Of a DNA stretch of 54,991 nt, positions 9,675-19,050 are shown one piece after another. Every line of letters starts with the position of its first letter. Positions within the stretch are counted from its first letter, which is position 1. The position numbers were made by a program, and so were the translations under genes. Below the pieces are notes generated by a model that was not told where the DNA came from, did no database searches, and was given only the letters and a program-made list of their open reading frames with translations. Source of the stretch: Actinomycetota bacterium (GTDB lineage Bacteria > Actinomycetota > Actinomycetes > Nanopelagicales > Nanopelagicaceae); contig WLIL01000001.1 of assembly GCA_009702245.1 (NCBI GenBank), forward strand, positions 1-54,991, given 5' to 3'.

Positions 9675-10893
9675 TTTTCATCTTCCCAAGAACTTCCGCC
9701 TTTAATTTTGGAAATACTTCTAATGAGTTGAGCCCTAAAATATTTCGTTTTGCTTGATCATCCAAGAAGGGAAGGTCCCAGATGACACTAGGTAGGTCGA
9801 AATCCCAGTGAGGATAATCAGAGCTATAAAGCAATTGGGTCTTGGCGTTCATCATTTTCATTGTGAGCTCTAAAGCCTCCATATTTGTGGACTCTAAAGG
9901 CTGACTCGAATAATAGAAATTCTCTGCTAAATATTGACTCGGCAACTTCTTCAGCAAAGGGGCCTCATTTGTTCGCATGAGGTATTCGTTATCCAGCCTT
10001 TGCATAAGGAAGGGAATCCACGCAAGCCCACTCTCAATGAGCAGGATCTTCAACTTGGGGAATCGTTCTGGAATGCCATTAATGATCATGTTTGTGGCAT
10101 GGATCAGTGTGTTAAGCACAAAGCCGATCGAGTGCACTGAAATAAATCGATTCATTCCTTCGAACAGGCGCTCCTGCTGATTAAACGCAGCGTGGAAACC
10201 GAGAGGCATACCACGTTCCTCAAGCATCGCATAGAGGCGCATGTACTTATTGTCGTGTACCGCAGCATATCGAGTGCTTGTAACCATAAAACCAATCACG
10301 CCTGGCATCTCGCCAAAAGTTTTAATCATTCTTATCGAGGCGTCAACATCAAAGAAGGGTAAGTAAACCATGCTCTTAACGGAATTGTCCTGAGGCAAGA
10401 CCTCCTCGGTCCACCAACGTGTATACGCCCAGGAGAGCGCTGTCTCGATTTGTGGATCAGGGTGCATTCCTAGTGCCAACATCGGCGTAGGAAATATTAT
10501 TTGGTAATCGATTCCGATCGCCGTACGCTGTCTACGCGATCGAGTAGTTTCTGGATGCTCATTACCTTCAGCTTCCTCGTGTGGAATCCCTCCATATCTC
10601 AGTAAACGTCCGGCATTAAACTGATTATTAGGAGAATTAAAGAGAATGTTGGCCGGGTTTCCATCTCGTTGAAGGGCTAAGTGTTTGAGCACTGGATCTT
10701 CTATATATTTAAAGATCTCCCCAAAATATTGATTTTCATAATGGTGGGCATCTACATCTACAATCAAGATATCTTTGTACCCTCTTTGATCAGCCTGCAA
10801 TTCGGCATTCCGAAGATGCTCGCGGCTATTGAAACCCTCGCGTTTGCCAACGGCCATTTCGCGAACAAAATTGGCCTCACCAAGATTTTCCAT
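9667..10893 (-). CDS. amidohydrolase_2 (ACMSD/LigW-like decarboxylase or hydratase) family protein
   Basis: 408 aa. VDVDAHHYE (HxH-type metal site) near the N-terminus and YSSDYPHWD near the C-terminus fit the PF04909-type family. Confidence 0.7.
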   Translation of the reverse strand: MENLGEANFVREMAVGKREGFNSREHLRNAELQADQRGYKDILIVDVDAHHYENQYFGEIFKYIEDPVLKHLALQRDGNPANILFNSPNNQFNAGRLLRYGGIPHEEAEGNEHPETTRSRRQRTAIGIDYQIIFPTPMLALGMHPDPQIETALSWAYTRWWTEEVLPQDNSVKSMVYLPFFDVDASIRMIKTFGEMPGVIGFMVTSTRYAAVHDNKYMRLYAMLEERGMPLGFHAAFNQQERLFEGMNRFISVHSIGFVLNTLIHATNMIINGIPERFPKLKILLIESGLAWIPFLMQRLDNEYLMRTNEAPLLKKLPSQYLAENFYYSSQPLESTNMEALELTMKMMNAKTQLLYSSDYPHWDFDLPSVIWDLPFLDDQAKRNILGLNSLEVFPKLKAEVLGKMKNA

Positions 10894-10917
10894 TAAAGTC
10901 CTCTTCTCCGCGCTAAA

Positions 10918-11208
10918 TTATGCACCTGTTAACGATTTCCACATGCCTAGTTCAAAGATCTCAATCTCCACTGCCTGCAGAAGATTGGCGGCAGCAGTCA
11001 TCGCAGCTGTAGCCGAGATTTCTGCTGGATCTAAAAAGGGGCCAAAATCTTCCCCTGCATCTCGTTTAATAAAATATAATTTGACGGCAAGAGCAAAGAG
11101 AGACTGCGCCTCTTCTTGTGTCACGCTTGCTGCGTCTACTTCCCGATAATTGATCGCTAAATATTGAAGCGAGGCCAAAACGTCAAGATCAACTTTGGGA
11201 TTGGACAT
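10918..11208 (-). CDS. small acidic hypothetical protein
   Basis: ORF 10918..11232. ATG 11208 (MSNPKVDLD...) is preceded by GAAAGGAAG. I recognise no motif. It overlaps the Rieske gene's 3' end by 20 nt, which suggests translational coupling. Confidence 0.5.
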   Translation of the reverse strand: MSNPKVDLDVLASLQYLAINYREVDAASVTQEEAQSLFALAVKLYFIKRDAGEDFGPFLDPAEISATAAMTAAANLLQAVEIEIFELGMWKSLTGA

Positions 11209-11560
11209 ATACACTTCCTTTCTCGTTAACAATCTCGAATTTCTTTAAATACACTCCACGCAAACCGGCGCATTCTCCTGTTTGTAACGAGTACGCCCAA
11301 CCGTGCCATGGGCAAATTAATTGGTCTTCAGATTCAGAAAATTCCTCACGAACAAGTCGCTTTTCAGAATCGAGAACTGAAACAACTCGCCCCAAAATCA
11401 TCCCCTCACCTACTGGACCACCTTGATGTAGGCATCTATTTTCATACGCAAAGATTTGTCCTTTATGCCCAAAAACCACGATCTCGATCCCTGAAAATTT
11501 TGCTAAGAATCGTTGTCCACTTTCGATAGCCTCAATCTTGGCAATAAAAGTTTTCTGCAT
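11189..11560 (-). CDS. Rieske [2Fe-2S] domain protein (small, ferredoxin/NirD-like)
   Basis: 123 aa with the two Rieske boxes CLHQGGP and CPWHGW. Confidence 0.85.
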   Translation of the reverse strand: MQKTFIAKIEAIESGQRFLAKFSGIEIVVFGHKGQIFAYENRCLHQGGPVGEGMILGRVVSVLDSEKRLVREEFSESEDQLICPWHGWAYSLQTGECAGLRGVYLKKFEIVNEKGSVYVQSQS

Positions 11561-11561
11561 A

Positions 11562-13058
11562 TCACGCTCCTTTCAGGATCGGAGAGGAAAGTACTTTAGG
11601 TTGCAAATACTCTAGCAAGCCTTGCGGTCCACCTTCACGTCCAAGACCACTTTGCTTTATACCGCCGAATGGTATGGAAACATCAGAGACAAGACCTCTA
11701 TTGATGCCCAACATTCCCACTTGGAGATTATCTGTCACATAACTGACGTCTCGCTCGCCGAATACATACCCTGCAAGTCCCGATTCACTCTGATTGAGAC
11801 GCTCAACTAATTCATGGGAATCATCAAATGGCGAAATGGCTGCAACAGGTCCAAAGATCTCGTCATCGGAGAATTGATCTTCTTCGGATAGATCTATGAC
11901 TGTAGTTGCCGGATAGAAATTTCCGTTGCCTTCGGGCAAATACCCGCCGCTCAGAACTTTGGCACCCTTTGACACCCAATTGACAACTTCTCCATGAATT
12001 CGATCCCTTTCACGGCCATCTGTTAGCGGTCCAAAATCGCTTAGAGATTCGAAGCCTCCTCCTGACTTCATTGACGAGACTCGCATAACATAAGTCTCAA
12101 CAAATTCTTGATAGAGCTTTCTTGCTACAAATATTCGATTAGCTGCAACACATGACATCCCACCGTTTCGCATTTTTGCGATGAGGGATCCTTCAATTGC
12201 AGACGTCAGATCCGCATCATCTAGAACTATTACTGGTGCGTTCCCTCCCAATTCCATAGAGCAGCGCAAGACTCGCGAGGATGCTTGGGAAAGCAAAGTG
12301 CGACCGACTTGGGTACTACCAGTAAAGGAAATCTTGCGAACTGCTCTTTCAGCCATCATTGCGCGGACTATAAGTGCCGAGGAGGCTGTGACAACAACAT
12401 TCACGGTCCCGGAAGGCGCCCCTGCCTCACGAAGGATTTCGGCAATTGCCAAAGCTGTAAGCGGTGTTTGGGCCGCCGGTTTGATGACTACGGTACATCC
12501 TGCCGCCAGAGCTGGCGCTAGTTTTCGAGTCACCATCGCTGCTGGTACATTCCAAGGCGTGATGAGCAGTGAAACACCTACCGGTTGATACTGAACCACC
12601 ATATGAGCATCACCCTTGGGCGATAGCGAAGATGAAGACGGAAAACGTACCGCTTCCTCTGCGTACCATCGAAAATATTCTCCTGCATAGTCGACTTCTT
12701 GCAGCGCCTCTGCCGTGCATTTCCCATTCTCGGAGGTGATGAGATCTGCTAAATCGGTTCGACGCTCAATCATGATTTCGAAGGCTCGTTTTAAGACGTC
12801 AGACCGCTCCCTAGGACTTCTATTCCGCCATATGTGGCCAGCCTCTTCGGCGCACCGCACAGCTTCGACCGCTATATTCTCATCCGCACTTTCAATTTCC
12901 GCAAATGCTTCTCCGGTCGCTGGATCTACTATAGAAAAGCTAGTTGATCGCGCTCGCGAGAATTCTCCTCCAATATACGAGGACAATCCCCTTTTAAATG
13001 TGGCTGCAACCGTTGCATCGCGTCGTTCGCGATGAGAATGGATATCTATGACGCTCAC
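11562..13058 (-). CDS. NAD(P)-dependent aldehyde dehydrogenase (succinate-semialdehyde DH-like)
   Basis: 498 aa. ELGGNAP (catalytic Glu), a GGMSCVAANR Cys region and the C-terminal FGGIKQSGLGREGG. Confidence 0.9.
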   Translation of the reverse strand: MSVIDIHSHRERRDATVAATFKRGLSSYIGGEFSRARSTSFSIVDPATGEAFAEIESADENIAVEAVRCAEEAGHIWRNRSPRERSDVLKRAFEIMIERRTDLADLITSENGKCTAEALQEVDYAGEYFRWYAEEAVRFPSSSSLSPKGDAHMVVQYQPVGVSLLITPWNVPAAMVTRKLAPALAAGCTVVIKPAAQTPLTALAIAEILREAGAPSGTVNVVVTASSALIVRAMMAERAVRKISFTGSTQVGRTLLSQASSRVLRCSMELGGNAPVIVLDDADLTSAIEGSLIAKMRNGGMSCVAANRIFVARKLYQEFVETYVMRVSSMKSGGGFESLSDFGPLTDGRERDRIHGEVVNWVSKGAKVLSGGYLPEGNGNFYPATTVIDLSEEDQFSDDEIFGPVAAISPFDDSHELVERLNQSESGLAGYVFGERDVSYVTDNLQVGMLGINRGLVSDVSIPFGGIKQSGLGREGGPQGLLEYLQPKVLSSPILKGA

Positions 13059-13060
13059 GT

Positions 13061-14584
13061 TTAGGGCTCATTTCCTGTCATTTCAGCCAAACGTGTACGG
13101 GGATCTTTCATAATTACATTTATAGCTTGCAGTTCCATATAACTGAGTAACTCATGCATTGATTCCTCGCGACCGAGACCACTGTTCTTCATGCCACCGA
13201 ATGGAACTCCCCAATAGTGGCGATTAGCATCATTGACCCAGATATATCCCGCCTCAATTCTCTCTGCAGTTTTAAGTGCTAATGAGATGTCTTCACTCCA
13301 TATGCTTGCAGTAAGTCCATACTCCACATCATTTGCCTGCTGCAGCATCATGTCGTAGTCATTCCAGGAAGAAACGCTCACCACTGGGCCGAAAATCTCT
13401 TCTTTGGCAATGCTCATAGACATATCTACGTTGGAAAATACTGTGGGAGCAATGAAATAGCCCTGTTCATCTAAGTGTGACGGTCGTGATCCACCCGTCA
13501 CAAGCTTGGCGCCACTTGCCTTGCCCTGATCAATATATCCGAGAACTCTATCGTATTGTTTTCTGCTTACCAGCGGGCCCATTTGAGTTCCGGGATCATA
13601 AGCACGACCTACAACTATGCTTTCTATTGCACTTCTCATGCGCTCAACAAAATCATCGTGGACAGACGAGTGAATCAGAATTCGCGAATTGGATCCACAA
13701 GATTGTCCCTGACAGACTCCAAAATTCATTCCGTGAATTGCTCCCGCAACTGCCTTGTCCAAGTCAGCATCTGGAAAGACAATTAGAGGGTTCTTACCGC
13801 CAAGTTCGAGACTTACATGTTTGACCCCAACAGAAGCTGCACGCTGCTGGATGAGCTGACCGACAGCACCGCTTCCAGTAAATCCGACTCTCTTTATGAC
13901 AGGATGCGTAACTATCGCATCGCCCACATCGGGCCCTCCGGAAAGGATATTCAGCACCCCAGGTGGCAAAATCTTATTGATAATTTCTCCCAGATAGAGT
14001 GCAGAGAGTGGAGTCTGATCTGCCACCTTTAAGACCATAGTGTTTCCAGCCATAAGTGCTGCACCAAAGCCGCATATTGCGAATAAGGCTGGGTGATTAA
14101 AGGGCACGATTCTTCCAACTACTCCATACGGCCGATATGCGGTGTAGTGCAAACCCTCGGCGGTCACAGGCAATGTTTGGCCAGCAAGTGACATAGCTAG
14201 CGCCGGCCAATCGCTCAGCTGGGCGAACACATAATCCACATCTTTCACCATTGCATTGAGTGGATTTCCAGAATCTACGGCATCTAAGACTGCTAGAGCG
14301 TCTCGATGAGGCGCAATTGCATCCGCAAGTGCTTGATAATAAGTTCTCCTCTCGCGAATAGAGAGCGCCCCCCAAGCGGGCTGTGCAGACTTTGCCGCCT
14401 CAACCGCTTTCATAACATCCTGTGGACCCGCCTTAGGGACCGATGTGATGACCTTGCCCGTAGATGGATCGATGCTTTCCATAGTTGAACCATCGATTGC
14501 TGTGCAAAGTTTTCCACCGATCAGAAGTTTGTACTGGTGGTTCCTTGCAAAGGCAACTGCCTCTTCACGATTCAGGAGCGTCAC
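13061..14584 (-). CDS. NAD(P)-dependent aldehyde dehydrogenase (second paralogous family member)
   Basis: 507 aa. LELGGKNP, a QGQSCGSNSR Cys region and FGGMKNSGLGRE. There is a 2-nt gap to the next ALDH. Confidence 0.9.
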   Translation of the reverse strand: MTLLNREEAVAFARNHQYKLLIGGKLCTAIDGSTMESIDPSTGKVITSVPKAGPQDVMKAVEAAKSAQPAWGALSIRERRTYYQALADAIAPHRDALAVLDAVDSGNPLNAMVKDVDYVFAQLSDWPALAMSLAGQTLPVTAEGLHYTAYRPYGVVGRIVPFNHPALFAICGFGAALMAGNTMVLKVADQTPLSALYLGEIINKILPPGVLNILSGGPDVGDAIVTHPVIKRVGFTGSGAVGQLIQQRAASVGVKHVSLELGGKNPLIVFPDADLDKAVAGAIHGMNFGVCQGQSCGSNSRILIHSSVHDDFVERMRSAIESIVVGRAYDPGTQMGPLVSRKQYDRVLGYIDQGKASGAKLVTGGSRPSHLDEQGYFIAPTVFSNVDMSMSIAKEEIFGPVVSVSSWNDYDMMLQQANDVEYGLTASIWSEDISLALKTAERIEAGYIWVNDANRHYWGVPFGGMKNSGLGREESMHELLSYMELQAINVIMKDPRTRLAEMTGNEP

Positions 14585-14633
14585 AGCAGCACCAACCTTT
14601 CGTTAGTTCAATTTCTTTTCTACCTCGACACAT

Positions 14634-16364
14634 TTATGAACCCACGGTAACTACGTCAATAAGCGCTGGACGACCTGAGCGCACTATCTGAATGGCCTCC
14701 TGTAGCACCGAAGAAAGCTCTCCAGGTTTACTCACAGGCCCTTTTGCCCAGATCCCGAATCCTCGAGCTACGGTCGCGTAGTCAATATCGGGATCACGCA
14801 ATGAAGTTCCTTCATGCCGTAAATCGGTTGATCTGCCGCGGTGAGTAGCCACTTTAGAGGCGTGATCTACAGAATTTCGATACTGCCTATTGTTATTCAT
14901 TATGACAAGTAAGGGGATGTTGGAGTGTGCGAGCGTCCAAAGTCCAGCAGGATGGAAAAGAAAATCACCATCTGGCTGTAGGTCTATGCATAGGCGTTCT
15001 GTCCCAATCGCTAATGCGGCACCCGCTGAAGCACCCAATCCGTAGCCAAGTCCGGCACCTCCGTGCCACCCTAGGTGATGTCGAAAATCCACAAATGACC
15101 AGAGCTTTCGTTCCCAACTATCCAGCGTTCCATTCGTCAGAGTCCACTTAAGCTCTGATATCTCCTTGCCAATGGCATCCGCAAGTGAAAGCGTTGTAAT
15201 TTCGTTACTTTTTAAGTTCTCCGCTATTGCGCTGGAGAGCCACTTCTTTCTAGCCTGCGAGGTATGAGCGGTGACCCATTTGCTTCGCTCATCCAATATG
15301 GGCAGAGCCGGCGCAACCATCTTCTCCAGGAGTACTTGGATTGCTTCGTTAGCAGTGGTGGAGATAGTTTGCGCCATTGGAACTACGCGGCCATATTCAT
15401 GAGACCAAGACCTATTCTTATAATGACCAGCGGTAAAATGGAAAATATCAGGAAGCTCTTTTGAACTTATTGAGTCACTTTCAGTGGCAAAGAGAGGCTC
15501 AAAAAGTGTTGCATAGATATCTTGCACATCTAGAGCAATAATCAAATCTGATTCAGCGATTATTTGGGGTAAAAACGAGGCATTCAAAGGGTGCTGCGAA
15601 GGAAATGAGAATCGGGCTGGCCCGTCGACTACCGGAATCTGGTGGGCTTCAGCCAAAGAGAGTAAATTTCTGAAACCAGTTTGAGACTCCCCAGCGTAAT
15701 CTGTAACAATTACTGGGCGCAGCGACTTGGAGTACGCTTCCAAAAATTTGGCAATCACCGATTCGTTCGGCGCTGGTTCCGAAGGCACTGAGAGCTCATC
15801 ATTCAACGCCTCAGAGAAGTCCATCCCGTTGATAGGATCCTCTTGGATGTCAACATCCAGACATATATATACAGGACCCTGGGGAGCACTCAATGCCGAT
15901 GTAATAGCTCTAGCGAAAGACTCTGGCACATCTTGTATTGTGGCGGGCTGGTCATCCCACTTTACATAATCTCTTACAATCTGGCCCTGCGTTAACGCCG
16001 TGTGAATCCAATCGATCCAAGGTCGTCGCCGAGCCTTGCTCACGGGCCCAGTTGCACCAATTAACAACATTGGGACCCGATCACACCAGGCATTAAAGAT
16101 GGCCATACTCGCTTGTTGGAGCCCAACAATATTGTGAAGTCCCACCGCCATCATTTTTCCGGTCGCCTTGGCATACCCATGTGCCATGGCAACTGAGAAG
16201 CCCTCGGTAGGAGAGGTAAGTAATTGTGGAGTATCCTCGACTTGAACGATGGAGTCATGAATTCCCCGAAATGTTGCGCCTGGAGTGCAGGAAAAATATC
16301 GAACGTCAGATTTCTTAAGTAGTTCAACAATAAGATCTGATCCATAGATTAATTCGCGCGACAT
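14634..16364 (-). CDS. thiamine diphosphate-dependent enzyme (acetolactate synthase / benzoylformate decarboxylase superfamily)
   Basis: ORF 14634..16379. ATG 16364 (MSRELIYG...) follows a GGAGGTG Shine-Dalgarno sequence. It has a catalytic Glu region (SPTEGFSVAMAHGYA) and a ThDP motif (DGDFLF...MNNNRQY). Confidence 0.85.
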   Translation of the reverse strand: MSRELIYGSDLIVELLKKSDVRYFSCTPGATFRGIHDSIVQVEDTPQLLTSPTEGFSVAMAHGYAKATGKMMAVGLHNIVGLQQASMAIFNAWCDRVPMLLIGATGPVSKARRRPWIDWIHTALTQGQIVRDYVKWDDQPATIQDVPESFARAITSALSAPQGPVYICLDVDIQEDPINGMDFSEALNDELSVPSEPAPNESVIAKFLEAYSKSLRPVIVTDYAGESQTGFRNLLSLAEAHQIPVVDGPARFSFPSQHPLNASFLPQIIAESDLIIALDVQDIYATLFEPLFATESDSISSKELPDIFHFTAGHYKNRSWSHEYGRVVPMAQTISTTANEAIQVLLEKMVAPALPILDERSKWVTAHTSQARKKWLSSAIAENLKSNEITTLSLADAIGKEISELKWTLTNGTLDSWERKLWSFVDFRHHLGWHGGAGLGYGLGASAGAALAIGTERLCIDLQPDGDFLFHPAGLWTLAHSNIPLLVIMNNNRQYRNSVDHASKVATHRGRSTDLRHEGTSLRDPDIDYATVARGFGIWAKGPVSKPGELSSVLQEAIQIVRSGRPALIDVVTVGS

Positions 16365-16411
16365 CTTTCGCACCTCCACTTCTCAAATAGCAAAGCCTGC
16401 GCTTCTTTTAG

Positions 16412-16927
16412 CTAACTTGCTAGAGAAACGAACTTTCCTCTGTAATATGCAAGAGGCGCAATGTCTGATACCGCATGGAGACCAAGGACCTCACCCACGA
16501 TCAGGTGATGATCGCCAATATCCTGCACTTGTGAGATTCGACAATCAATCCAACCAGAAGTATTAGATAAAAGCGGGGAACCTGTGACTGGCGAATGCTC
16601 CCAATCAAGACCTGCGAAACGATCTATTCCCTTCTTAGAGAAGACAGAAATCAACTCATGCTGGGATTCGCTGAGAATATTTACCGCGAAAAATTCTGAA
16701 TGCTTCATTTGAGCCCATGTTGATGACGTGTGCGCAGCATAAAAAGAGACCAAAAGTGGATCTAGGGAGACGGAAGTAAAAGAGTTGATTGAGAAACCTA
16801 TCGGACTATTCTCTACCATCGCCGTCACAACCCCTACGCCAGTTACGTAATGGCCGCAGACACGACGAAATTCGTCGCTAGAAATCTTGGTATCTTGTGA
16901 CGTCACGAGGTTTGACCATCCCGCCAC
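16412..16927 (-). CDS. flavin reductase (HpaC/RutF-like FMN-binding split barrel)
   Basis: 171 aa, with FRRVCGHYVTGVGVVTA near the N-terminus. An alternative GTG start at 16906 would form a GTGA overlap with the crotonase stop. Confidence 0.8.
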   Translation of the reverse strand: MAGWSNLVTSQDTKISSDEFRRVCGHYVTGVGVVTAMVENSPIGFSINSFTSVSLDPLLVSFYAAHTSSTWAQMKHSEFFAVNILSESQHELISVFSKKGIDRFAGLDWEHSPVTGSPLLSNTSGWIDCRISQVQDIGDHHLIVGEVLGLHAVSDIAPLAYYRGKFVSLAS

Positions 16928-17778
16928 ACAGGTTCACGCTTTTCTTGGAAAGCGGCCCGCGCTTCACGAAGATCCTCGCTGTGATAATCCAACATCTCCA
17001 ACGTAAGCGAGTGTTCGAAAGCTGGCCCAGCCGCTCGTATCCAGTGGTTCAAAGTGCGCTTCGTACCCCTGATGGCTTGCTGTGAAGATGCTGCCAATCG
17101 ATCTGCGATCTCCATTGCTTTAGACACTACTTCTTCCTTTGGAACCGACAGAGAAACCAATCCCATTTTTTCGGCTTCCGCTCCAGTGACAGGAATATTA
17201 AGCATCAATAGATATTTCGCTTTAGCCATTCCACAAAGTAGTGGCCAGATCATTACTGAGTGATCACCCGATACAACTCCATTACTTGTATGGCCATCAA
17301 TAATTTTTGCATCGTCGGCTGCAACAGATATATCTGCCAAAAGTGCTACTGCAGCGCCAGACCCAACGGCTGCACCATTGATCGCCGAAACAACAGGTTT
17401 GTTCAAGTTTACGATTCCATACACAAGTTCAGTAGCTTCATGCATGATGTCCACTACGCCGGTGGGGGACTTCGGATTGACTCGTGCCTCCTTAAGATCT
17501 GCACCTGAAGAAAAAGCTCGGCCTTCACCAGTGATGACAAGCACTTTTGTTAAAGCGTCTTTGCCTACTTTGTAAAAAAGTTCAGTGAGTTGTGTGTGGA
17601 AGCGGTAAGTCATTGCGTTTAACGATTCTGGCCGACTCATCGTCACCAACAGGACGCCATTTGGGAAACGCTCAATACGCCAATCACCATTTGCATAATC
17701 TTCGTAGCCCGAACAAACCTGCTTTTCCGTTGTAGACACTATCTCTCCCATCGTTATCGAATGCATTCGGAATTCCAA
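16903..17778 (-). CDS. enoyl-CoA hydratase/isomerase (crotonase) family protein
   Basis: 291 aa. GEGRAFSSGADL oxyanion-hole region and overall crotonase-fold length. Confidence 0.85.
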   Translation of the reverse strand: MEFRMHSITMGEIVSTTEKQVCSGYEDYANGDWRIERFPNGVLLVTMSRPESLNAMTYRFHTQLTELFYKVGKDALTKVLVITGEGRAFSSGADLKEARVNPKSPTGVVDIMHEATELVYGIVNLNKPVVSAINGAAVGSGAAVALLADISVAADDAKIIDGHTSNGVVSGDHSVMIWPLLCGMAKAKYLLMLNIPVTGAEAEKMGLVSLSVPKEEVVSKAMEIADRLAASSQQAIRGTKRTLNHWIRAAGPAFEHSLTLEMLDYHSEDLREARAAFQEKREPVWRDGQTS

Positions 17779-17792
17779 CTTTTCTACTTGTC

Positions 17793-18962
17793 TTAAGGCT
17801 TTGAATCTTTCTTAGCGAGAAAGGCTTCGAGTTCAATTGCATGTCCCGCACGTCTTTCCCGAATGCTTTGCAACACGTCATCAGGATCCTTTACAACTGA
17901 CTTAGGATTCTTGAAGTGAGGAATTACGTATCGCCCAAAACGTTCTAGGGTTTCAATAATTTTTGCGTGCGGCATACTATCGAGCCGCAGCCATAACTGC
18001 TGGACACCAAGTTCCTCAAACTTTCGAATCTGCTTGATGCAGCCTTCGGGATCCCCGACAACGAAACTCGCTGAATCATCCATCATGTAGTCAGCATCTT
18101 CGATATGAGAGTCCACATGCTTCTTAATAGTCTTCGTGTACGAGTAGTCCGCACTCGTATCAGCAAGGCGATCGTAAGCACCTACAGCAAGTTTGACATA
18201 TTCAAGAAGCGGCACAAACTTCTTACGTGCATCCTCTGCGGATTCCTCACATATGAGTCCGCTGATAAGAACTGACTTAAATTTGTGTTTATCTTCCGAA
18301 TGATTGCCAGCGGCCCAAGCTTCATCGTATGCATTGAGACTTTCATTGAGTACCTCAAAGCCAGAAAAATTAGCGAAGGAGACTAGCCCAAGACCTTTTG
18401 CTCCTGCAGTCGCGGAAGACGCAACACTGGTAGCTGCAACCGCTAACGGTGGATGAGGTGTAGTTATTGGCTTCGGGATTAAACTGCGTGGAGGAACTTT
18501 ATAGAATTCCCCCACAAAATTAAAAGGATCATTCAGAAAGGCAGAAACGATTAGATCAATGCCCTCCTCCATCTCCGCCTTATTTGTTTCAGAATCTACC
18601 TCGAACGCGCGTAGGGCCAGCATGGTGTTACCTCGTCCAAAAACCGCTTCCATACGTCCATGCGACAAAATATCTAACGTTGCGATTCGCTCAGCAGTCC
18701 TAATGGGATGATTAATACGACTAGGCATAAGTGCCACTGCGAAAGAAAACTTAATCCGGCTAGTCAAAGCCATCATGTATGAGTACAGGACTTCAGGGGC
18801 CGAAGTAGAGGCGCCTCCAATAGCCAGGTGTTGTTCGGAACATCCAAAAATGTCCCACCCGAAGCGTTCGGCCGCAATGACCTGGTCTACCAGCTCGTGA
18901 TAGCGCTGGTAGTGTGTGGACCCGATTGGTGTGTCGCCCTCACTCAAGAATCCAAAGCGCAC
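17793..18962 (-). CDS. LLM-class flavin-dependent monooxygenase (luciferase-like)
   Basis: 389 aa with a GTG start. The N-terminal MRFGFL... and the TIM-barrel luciferase-like pattern fit the class. A flavin reductase is encoded two genes downstream. Confidence 0.8.
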   Translation of the reverse strand: MRFGFLSEGDTPIGSTHYQRYHELVDQVIAAERFGWDIFGCSEQHLAIGGASTSAPEVLYSYMMALTSRIKFSFAVALMPSRINHPIRTAERIATLDILSHGRMEAVFGRGNTMLALRAFEVDSETNKAEMEEGIDLIVSAFLNDPFNFVGEFYKVPPRSLIPKPITTPHPPLAVAATSVASSATAGAKGLGLVSFANFSGFEVLNESLNAYDEAWAAGNHSEDKHKFKSVLISGLICEESAEDARKKFVPLLEYVKLAVGAYDRLADTSADYSYTKTIKKHVDSHIEDADYMMDDSASFVVGDPEGCIKQIRKFEELGVQQLWLRLDSMPHAKIIETLERFGRYVIPHFKNPKSVVKDPDDVLQSIRERRAGHAIELEAFLAKKDSKP

Positions 18963-19001
18963 TTGTTCACCAACCTCGACGTAGCCTCGTATATTTATTA
19001 A

Positions 19002-19040
19002 CTAAGTCCTTAGTAAAACAAATATTTTTGGGGCTGTCAA
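19002..19040 (-). promoter_or_regulatory. internal promoter plus palindromic operator candidate (shared motif, copy 2)
   Basis: The minus strand reads TTGACA (19035-19040)-N17-TTTACTAAGGACTTAG (19002-19017). The extended sequence TTTACTAAGGACTTAGTTAA is a 16/20 palindrome. It lies 40 nt upstream of GTG 18962. Confidence 0.45.
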
Positions 19041-19050
19041 CCAATGGGAA

